In this document: piece by piece, positions 10,517-17,429 of the stretch
Layout: each line of letters begins with the position of its first letter
How positions within the stretch are numbered: the first letter of the stretch is position 1
NCBI GenBank assembly: GCA_028278265.1
Contig: JANQET010000406.1
Span: 3,171 to 67,170 of the forward strand
Origin: Myxococcota bacterium
GTDB taxonomy: Bacteria; Myxococcota_A; Polyangia; JAAYKL01
Length of the DNA stretch: 64,000 nt
Reading direction: 5' to 3'
Made by a program: the position numbers and the translations under genes
Notes under the pieces: model-generated
Told to the model about the DNA's origin: nothing
The model's database searches: none
What the model saw: the letters and a program-made list of their open reading frames with translations, nothing else

Positions 10517-11497
10517 ATTGTACTTCTGCTGATAAGCTTTCTTGATAGCGGCGATCATTCGTTCGTGGCCGAACGTATCGTCTTCGTAGGCGTCGATCAG
10601 TATTCCCGTATTGAGATCGATCACACCGGCCCACAGGGACACGGCTCCCGAACTGGATGCCGGCAGGTAGTCGGCGTAGTCATTGCGAGCGTAGTACCCC
10701 ACTTCAAAGTAGGGATTGAAGTAACCGTAACATTCGGTCGCCGGGCCGAGTTGACCACTGTCGTGGTACATCCCCAAAAAAGCGCTCTCATAATCGTTCA
10801 TCACGTCTAGCAGGTCTGATGAATTAACTAATTCATCCAGCCAGACAGCACAGTTCGCTCACGCCTCGTTGCCCACAATGTAGAGCACTGATTGAAAGTC
10901 ATCGCAGAATACATCTTCTAAATTAAAGATGGTCTCGTCTAGCTCACTGCCGTCAATTTGGCCGTCGTGGTTGCGATCATATATGCCGTCGAACTGCCAG
11001 TTGGGCGCGGACTGGCCAATTTCGAGGGTACCGTCCTCCCCCCAAATTGCCGTTGGCTCGCAATCCGTGTCCCCATCGCTGTCGCTGTCTGTATCAGCGT
11101 CTGAATCGCTATCGGCATCACTGTCCGTATCTGAGTCCGTATCTGAGTCCGAATCAGCGTCTGCGTCGGTATCCCCGTCTGCGTCCGCATCCGCGTCACC
11201 GTCGGCATCTGAATCTGAATCGCTATCGGCGTCGGTGTCGGCATCCCCATCTGCGTCCCCGTCCGCATCGCTATCGGCATCTGTATCCGCATCCCCATCT
11301 GCGTCTGTATCAGCGTCGCCGTCACCATCGCCGTCAGCATCTCCGTCCGTTGATGAGTCATCATCGTCCGCTGGGTCGTCCGGTGAACCTTCCCCTTCTC
11401 CGCTACAGGCATTGATCACCGCTAACCAGGGGACCGCCAGCGCTATCAACAGCACCGCGATTGTGTTTAGCCATCTTCGTACATTCAGCACATTCAC
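10511..11497 (-). CDS. Putative selenoprotein: lipoprotein with DA/DS stalk and thioredoxin-fold (redoxin) domain carrying U-x-x-C
   Basis: The ORFs 10859-11497 and 10511-10804 are in the same frame, separated only by TGA (10859-10861). Read-through gives [28 protein letters not shown] is a typical redoxin start. The hairpin GATGAATT-AGTT-AATTCATC follows the UGA. Lipobox INAC. Confidence 0.8.
10816..10858 (-). promoter_or_regulatory. Putative bacterial SECIS element
   Basis: On the minus strand after UGA: GCGAACTGTGCT GTCT GGCTG GATGAATT AGTT AATTCATC AGAC. This gives a perfect 8 bp upper stem, a loop with G at position 2 located 29 nt after the UGA, and a GTCT/AGAC lower stem. Confidence 0.7.
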
Positions 11498-11702
11498 CTC
11501 CGGACCGTTTTCAACCTCAAATAAACGAGTCTTTGTTTGGAAGACACATTATAACCGCATACTTAGTCAATGAAGTGTATTTTTTTGATTTTTAGGTGGA
11601 AAATTCTCAAATCAGTTCGATGAAGTTTCAATCAGCCTGTTCGATTTCGTTCTGGTGGATCGAACGCCTACGATGAGATTCTTTCGGAGGATCCGTTAGA
11701 AG

Positions 11703-11912
11703 CTAGGGTTGATTGAGGACGCAGCGGAGTACCCGACCGAGCTCGCCCAACCGATAGGGCTTGGCCAAGACCCCGCAAAAGCCCTGGGAGCGATATTCTG
11801 ACATGACCGGATCGTTGCTATAGCCACTGGAAACGATCGCCTTGATCTGCGGGTCGATCTCTTGAAGTTTTAAGACTGCTTGCTGTCCGCCCATTCCGCC
11901 GGGCACGGTTGA
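11703..11912 (-). pseudogene. C-terminal half of a response-regulator receiver domain (hybrid kinase remnant)
   Basis: TVPGGMGG...IDPQIKAIVSSGYSNDP...LAKPY. It is truncated at the oriIS-like end. Confidence 0.85.
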
Positions 11913-11914
11913 AT

Positions 11915-11960
11915 ATAGATAGAATAAAGGGCCTCTTGAGACCAACTGTCAAGCAGTTTG
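11915..11960 (-). repeat. oriIS-like end, copy 2 (belongs to the IS91 remnant at 16386-16848)
   Basis: Inverted copy of 6592-6637. It lies about 300 bp downstream of the transposase C-terminus once the IS1-family insertion is removed. Confidence 0.7.
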
Positions 11961-12082
11961 GGTCTTGATTGGATAGAATTTTCCATCTTCTATATTAAAG
12001 CCCCCCGTATTGATGGAAAATGTTTGAAAACTTTTTATGTTACCACCGTTTTTAATGTGCGTCTATATTTTTTTGACTTTTA

Positions 12083-12111
12083 TTGACAACACAAGGGTTA
12101 GTTGATATCTT
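12083..12111 (+). promoter_or_regulatory. sigma70-type promoter for passenger operon
   Basis: TTGACA-17 bp-TATCTT with an extended -10 TG. Confidence 0.6.
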
Positions 12112-12211
12112 TTATAAGAGGGAGTGAACGCGGTTTTAATGATTAATAAATTGACAATTTTAGAAAAGCGCGATGAAGTAGCCTTACACTTTAACAAGAA
12201 TTCTGCCGCCT

Positions 12212-12493
12212 ATGCTCGAATTTCTAAATACAGCTCAAGAATACTTGAAAGAGCTTGGTGCATTCCAAGGATCGCTGGTACTATTCTTTTTTGTTGCACA
12301 TTATGCGATATGGAGAATGTATAGAGGAAGGCTTAGAGATCGCCAAAAAGAGATCAACAGAATGGCAGAACACTGCAAAGACGTGAGAAAAGACAATTTA
12401 AGCTTAAGAAAACAGCTTTTTGAATATAACAAGTTGATGCTGAACGAGACTGTTAAACAAAAACGAACAAACAAGAAACAGAGGAGAAAATGA
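12212..12493 (+). CDS. Small membrane protein with coiled-coil, basic tail (passenger)
   Basis: 93 aa with one TM segment followed by a heptad-like charged helix. Its stop overlaps the next start (ATGA). Confidence 0.7.
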   Translation: MLEFLNTAQEYLKELGAFQGSLVLFFFVAHYAIWRMYRGRLRDRQKEINRMAEHCKDVRKDNLSLRKQLFEYNKLMLNETVKQKRTNKKQRRK

Positions 12494-13023
12494 CATATTT
12501 TTTATTGATTCCTGTTTCGGTGTTTCTTTTTTACCAGTTCTCTAGACTTCGGTCTTTAGCGAAGCACGACAAAATACTGTTCCCGATTTGTCAGATCCGT
12601 AGAGACATCATGTCTTTTTTTATGAAGAACGGCGTTGAAATTTCTGAGGTAAATTATCGCGAAGCGTTAGATTTATTAAAGGCGGTGGATATAACGATCC
12701 ACTATTACAATCCATTAAAGACGAATTTCTTCAACCTTCGCCGGTTTCAAGAACACGTTACTAAAACTCGCGAAGGTAAAAAAATAATAAACAAGCTGTC
12801 AAAGAATGAAGAGATTCGTGATCTTCAAGGGCGGTTTGGCAATGCGATTATCAAGGGATTTTTGGCTTATACGCCGTTCGTTCGCTCCGAATTTTGTTTA
12901 AAAACAATTTTGTTTTTAATCACCCGTATTGCGAATAAAAACATAGAAGAAATCGATCGTTCGGTTGAACAGGCTCGCCAACTCCGCAAGGAGTACTTAA
13001 TTTCCAACAAGGTTGCTTGTTGA
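12490..13023 (+). CDS. Hypothetical helical protein with N-terminal TM anchor (passenger)
   Basis: 177 aa, GAGGAG RBS, translationally coupled to the upstream gene. Confidence 0.75.
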   Translation: MTYFLLIPVSVFLFYQFSRLRSLAKHDKILFPICQIRRDIMSFFMKNGVEISEVNYREALDLLKAVDITIHYYNPLKTNFFNLRRFQEHVTKTREGKKIINKLSKNEEIRDLQGRFGNAIIKGFLAYTPFVRSEFCLKTILFLITRIANKNIEEIDRSVEQARQLRKEYLISNKVAC

Positions 13024-13220
13024 GTACTCATTGATCCAGCAGACCTTGCTTCAATTTTAACTGCCCTTCAATAAAATATGGCTAACATGTTGATATTATT
13101 GGTTTTTTCTTGATATCTGAATTGGAATATCGGCTGGATCGCCTTACAGATAAAGCACTATCAGTGTTTCTTCCATCGTTTGAGTTTAGTTTTTAGCAAC
13201 AATCCAACTATCCAACTTGG

Positions 13221-13991
13221 TTATTTTTTTCTACCTCGCTTCTTCCTTTTCTTCTTTTTCTGTTCAAGACTAACGCTCGGGAGTTGAACTTTGACTTTTT
13301 GAATTGAAAAGCCCTTCCTCGGCACGATTAGCTTCAAATCCGCCACCGCGGAGATCAACGGTAGTTCAAACGCCGTCATGCTCTTCTTTCTGATTCCGGG
13401 TTGAAGTTGTGTGAACATGTCTTTTTTACCGCTCATCGCGAGCGCCGTGGTGGCCGCAGAGGACGGGCTGTATTCGATGAACCGAGCATCTATGATTTTA
13501 AAATCGTCCGTGATCACCGTGTCTGTTGCTCCCTGAAGATTCTCAATTTCAAAATGGATCACGTAAAACACACCGTTTTCACCCGCTCGTTCTCCATAAA
13601 ATCGATTTCCGATGTAACGTGTAACGGTCACGTCGAGAATTCGATACGCGAAACCGCCAAGTTTGAAACGCTCGCCGATAGAGTAGATCTTTTCCGCTCT
13701 TTTCTTGGCGACTTTCTTCTCCTTTTTCTCTTTCTTCGGTTTTGGTTTGCTCGGCACGATCGGCGGTCTGGAGAGTGATGAACCTTCTGAGTTTATGCCT
13801 GTTTCTCGTTGTTTCGTACCAGATCCACCTGCCCCGGCACTCGTGATGATCAGACTCAGCACTAGCCACCCAAACGCGAGGCCTTTAACCACCTTTGAAT
13901 AACCTTTTCGCAGAGTGAACCAAGCGAACACCAGGGGAATGAAGACAATACCGACGCCGAGACCGAGGCTGACCTTTCGTTTCTCCGTCAT
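13221..13991 (-). CDS. Membrane-anchored DUF4352-like Ig-fold protein (passenger)
   Basis: AGGAGG RBS before MTEKRK, two TM helices, a Lys/Pro linker, then YSIGERF...FYVIHFEIEN...FKIID...QLQPG...AFELP. Confidence 0.75.
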   Translation of the reverse strand: MTEKRKVSLGLGVGIVFIPLVFAWFTLRKGYSKVVKGLAFGWLVLSLIITSAGAGGSGTKQRETGINSEGSSLSRPPIVPSKPKPKKEKKEKKVAKKRAEKIYSIGERFKLGGFAYRILDVTVTRYIGNRFYGERAGENGVFYVIHFEIENLQGATDTVITDDFKIIDARFIEYSPSSAATTALAMSGKKDMFTQLQPGIRKKSMTAFELPLISAVADLKLIVPRKGFSIQKVKVQLPSVSLEQKKKKRKKRGRKK

Positions 13992-14009
13992 GACTTTCCT
14001 CCTGCCCAA

Positions 14010-14175
14010 CAAAAAAGGCGAGTGAGCCGCCGAGAGCTAAACCCACCCGCCTTTCCGTGAACAGAGGTAGTCACTCCCCTGCTGTAACGGCGCGGTTGTG
14101 CTCTCGGCTAGTTTTTAAAGGGCCAGGTGTTTTCGGCTTTAGAACGGCTGGGTGACTAGTCCGGCCTGGCGCGGA
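14010..14175 (-). ncRNA. Structured leader RNA with complementary loops (c4-antisense-like architecture)
   Basis: Downstream of TTGACA-17-GATAAC (14222-14194). The loop ACUAGUCAC is complementary to the loop AGUGACUA, which sits inside a long stem closed by GCCGAGAGC/GCTCTCGGC and followed by a U-run. Confidence 0.45.
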
Positions 14176-14312
14176 AACGATTGACCTTTTACGGTTATCG
14201 GTGTCTCGCTGTTTGTTGTCAAGGTCTTTTGTTTAATCCATTGTTATTTGACACTGTTTAATAGAAATTATTGTTTAATTTTAGCATATTATACGATATA
14301 ACATTGTTTATA

Positions 14313-14341
14313 TTGACAGTATACAACAGAAATGTTAGATA
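14313..14341 (+). promoter_or_regulatory. sigma70-type promoter
   Basis: TTGACA-17 bp-TAGATA with extended TG. It is divergent from the promoter at 14194-14222. Confidence 0.6.
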
Positions 14342-14359
14342 TCCGCATGAGGAACCGCA

Positions 14360-14839
14360 ATGGACAATAGCGAAAAATATGACTACGAGCAGTCCGGGAA
14401 ACAACTGGTTGAACGACTTCGGGAAATCAAAAAAGAAATCAAAAGGTTAAAGCGCGAACAAAAATGGATCAACAATCTGCTCGTTAATAAAGATTCGGAG
14501 ATGCAAAAAGCGGGTCCTAGGTCGGTAAATGATGGTGTCACTAGGAAAACTTCTAGCAAAATTGCAGAGATCGCTAAGCAGGTCCTTCTTAAGCATCCGA
14601 ATGATTGGTTCGGTTCAGCGCATCTGGCCGATAAAGCGGTTGAGATGGGACTATGGGATGATCACCCAGCAACCTACCAGTCAGTAATGTCACAGACACT
14701 CAAGCGATTGATCGGACGAACTGATTGGTTATTCACCAAATCGGGTTCGGGTCGTAGCATGCTTTACAAGTTAGATTTCGATTCCGAAGCTGTAAAAGAG
14801 AAACACCGAGAAATTATGCGAAAGGAGGAAAATGAGTAG
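14360..14839 (+). CDS. Coiled-coil + winged-helix-like putative DNA-binding protein (passenger)
   Basis: GAGGA RBS, N-terminal coiled coil, and a C-terminal helix-helix-helix-hairpin pattern (IAEIAKQVL...SVMSQTLKRL...GRSMLYKL). Confidence 0.65.
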   Translation: MDNSEKYDYEQSGKQLVERLREIKKEIKRLKREQKWINNLLVNKDSEMQKAGPRSVNDGVTRKTSSKIAEIAKQVLLKHPNDWFGSAHLADKAVEMGLWDDHPATYQSVMSQTLKRLIGRTDWLFTKSGSGRSMLYKLDFDSEAVKEKHREIMRKEENE

Positions 14840-15011
14840 GTCGAAAGCAAAAGCACAAATGCCCTGAGTGTTGCATCACCCAAGGCACTTGAAAATCGGC
14901 GGGTACATTTTGGGCACCCATACAGATGCTCAAAATGTACCGCAGATGTCGCCGTAAATCAACATAATTCCCTCGAAAAAGCACCTGTACGAGAGAAGAA
15001 AGGGTAGGACT

Positions 15012-15134
15012 ATGCTGAAGCGGTTCAAGAGGGCACGGGTGCGTCTGAGGCTTCGTGTCCGAAAAAACGGCGTCATCGTAGAAATCGAATGGATAACGGT
15101 AGCTTACGGCGATTCCCTCCCCAGGTACCCGTGA
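15012..15134 (+). CDS. 40 aa Arg-rich small protein upstream of transposase
   Basis: AGGA RBS; MLKRFKRARVRLRLRVRKNGVIVEIEWITVAYGDSLPRYP*. A GC hairpin follows at 15141-15164. Confidence 0.45.
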   Translation: MLKRFKRARVRLRLRVRKNGVIVEIEWITVAYGDSLPRYP

Positions 15135-15204
15135 GCTTTCCCCCGGTGGAGAGGGCCACTGGGGTTTCTCTTCCTACATACAACTTTTACAATATATCGG
15201 AGAT

Positions 15205-16045
15205 ATGCGAATGCCAAAGCGATTACCATTTGAGAAAAAAGTATCAGTGATCCACGCCCTCGTGGAGGGATGTTCAGTCAGATCCACAGAACGCCTCATG
15301 GGCGTGAACTTCGAGACGGTCCTTCGTCTTCTGGTAAGGGTTGGTGAAGCCTGTGAACGGTTTCTCTATCGAACCATGTTTGACCTCAACATCGATGACC
15401 TCCAAGTGGATGAGGTCTGGACGTTTTGTGGAAAAAAACAAGGCCACCTCACGAAGGAAGAAAAAAAGTTTAGATCAGACCTCGGCTCTCAAATATGTTT
15501 TTACAGCCATCGATAGGAGAACAAAGCTCGTGCCGCTGTACAGGATTGGCAAACGAAACGCGGAGATCGCGACGGAGTTTATGAAAGAGTTGAGGATGCG
15601 CGTCAAGACCCCGGTTCCCCAGTTGACCACGGACGGCTGGCACATCTTCCGAGACGCCGTGGAAAAGGCATTCGGGTGCGATGTGCACTATCAGGTTCAG
15701 ATCAAGGACTACTATGGTCCGGCAGCGGGCCACCAACACCGTTACTCGCCTCCAAAAGTGAAGATCGTTCATAAAGAAACAGTCAGTGGATCCCCCGTCA
15801 ACGCCTCCACGGCCCACGTGGAACAACAGAATTTAACCTTGAGAATGCGTCAACGGCGATTCACTCGACTCACCAACGGTTACTCGAAGAAGTTGCGAAA
15901 CCTGAAAGCGGCCGTAGCTCTACATTACGGGGACTATAACTTCTGTCGTGTACATGAGAGCCTCGGGGTAACACCCGCGATGGAGGCAGGGATCGCGGAT
16001 CGTTTGTGGACGTTGAATGAGTTTTGCGAAGAACTCGGCCTTTAA
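15205..16045 (+). pseudogene. IS1-family DDE transposase with +1 frameshift
   Basis: HTH (LVEGCSVRSTERL), QVDEVWTF, LTTDG, HVEQQNLTLR and RRFTRLTNGYSKK. One extra A near 15492 (CAA-A-TAT) breaks the expected DLGSQ|YVFTAID. Confidence 0.9.
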
Positions 16046-16385
16046 TTCATAAGTTGTAAAATTCTATAAGACCGACACCGCAGTTTGTTCGGCTTCACTG
16101 GATCATTTTCAGGCTGATTCGCGCTTAACCCAGGGTCTTGGAGTACTTGATGCCGACATCGGTGAGTCAGAATCCGGTCAAGTAGCGAGCGTTGTCCTGG
16201 AAGAGTCATTTGACGCCTGATCCTCTGCCGGTCAGCTTGTGTAAACGACGGCATTTGTATTGATATTTCGTTAACTTACACGATGCAGACGAGACCGCTG
16301 AAAAGATCGACCGCTGCTCATCGAGAGCGCACCCCAGCCCGAGGCCTCGTTTGGTTGGGCCGATTTGGGGCATTTTTTTGGGGGC

Positions 16386-16848
16386 CTAATAATCCATTTC
16401 TGTCTGGGGCGGCGCCCGCGCCGGGGCAAGCGTCGGGATCTGTGCAGATTGGCCGGTCCCTTCCAGATAGTGACGAACCGAGGAGGGATCGGTGACCGCG
16501 GCTACGAACTTCATCTTGCCGCCGCAATGTGGGCATTTCATGTCGATCTGGAAAATTCGGGCGAGCAGGGCACTCCATGAAAGTCTGTACGTGCGGGACG
16601 CGGTTCCCTCGTTGTCATCAGCGGCGGCGTCGTCATTCGAAGTCCGACCGGCGGGGACAATCTTATCGCGGTCCCGGGCATGTGGCGCTAAAACCCCATG
16701 ATATCTCACGATATTTTGTCGAGGCGGGGGCACTAAGGCCGAGCACGGATTACTCATCCGCGAGCCGGTCATAGTCGCCGTCATCGAGGATTGAGCGACG
16801 CTGAAGCAGGCGGATCACTCGATGGGCGGTCGTCTCCACGATTTGCCG
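16386..16848 (-). pseudogene. IS91/ISCR-family transposase remnant (short central piece fused to C-terminus)
   Basis: ALVPPPRQNIVRYHGVLAP, WSALLARIF and CPHCGG...ARAPP. Bases 16740-16848 match 1945-2053 at 107/109 positions. Confidence 0.9.
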
Positions 16849-16872
16849 CTATATCGCCTTACGAGGTGAGGT

Positions 16873-17364
16873 GTGTCGTTGATGCGGTTTAAAATCCTGT
16901 CTGCTTGGTTCGATGACCTGGACCCTACGGACCCGATGCGGCCCGCGGTCATTGTCCATGTCTTCGGTAGCGATTCCCATCGTTACTATGAAGCAATCGT
17001 CCGCCAGTATGCACTCGGGCTCGGTCCGCTGCCAAAGGGCAGCACCGAGGTACTGCGGCGCTCCCTTCATGACACCTGGTTTGTAGACACTGCGGCTTGC
17101 GCAGAAGAGGCATTGGCTTTCGTAAAGCGCAACTGCTATCACGCCATTATCGTCGATGATGAGCTCCACGACAAAAGCGGCATCTGGCTGCTGAGCAAGC
17201 TAAAAAACCTCTCTCCATTAACCCGGCGCTGTATGCACGCCACAACCGCACCCCGGGAGCTGGATCTGCATTTGGCAGACGGGGTCATTCAACATTTCTG
17301 GATGAAACCGGTCTCCCCTCGGGAAATCTCAACCACCCTTATCCCTTCTCGGGGGAGCAAGTAG
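16873..17364 (+). CDS. Atypical response-regulator receiver protein
   Basis: AEEALA...AIIVDDEL...SGIWLL...MKPV receiver pattern with a divergent N-terminus. GAGG RBS. Confidence 0.65.
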   Translation: MSLMRFKILSAWFDDLDPTDPMRPAVIVHVFGSDSHRYYEAIVRQYALGLGPLPKGSTEVLRRSLHDTWFVDTAACAEEALAFVKRNCYHAIIVDDELHDKSGIWLLSKLKNLSPLTRRCMHATTAPRELDLHLADGVIQHFWMKPVSPREISTTLIPSRGSK

Positions 17365-17429
17365 AACAAAAAAGTAGACGCCCCACTTTCACCATTGGAC
17401 GGCCATTCTAATTTTGCTATAATTTTGTA

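Larger units (their letters stand above)
11961..16079 (+). mobile_element. IS1-family element with passenger genes (4119 bp)
   Basis: Imperfect terminal IRs starting GGT: GGTCTTGATTGGATAGAATTTTCCATC vs rc GGTGTCGGTCTTATAGAATTTTACAAC (19/27). An 8 bp target duplication GCAGTTTG sits at 11953-11960 and 16080-16087. The interior is AT-rich and the transposase is at the right end. Confidence 0.88.
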
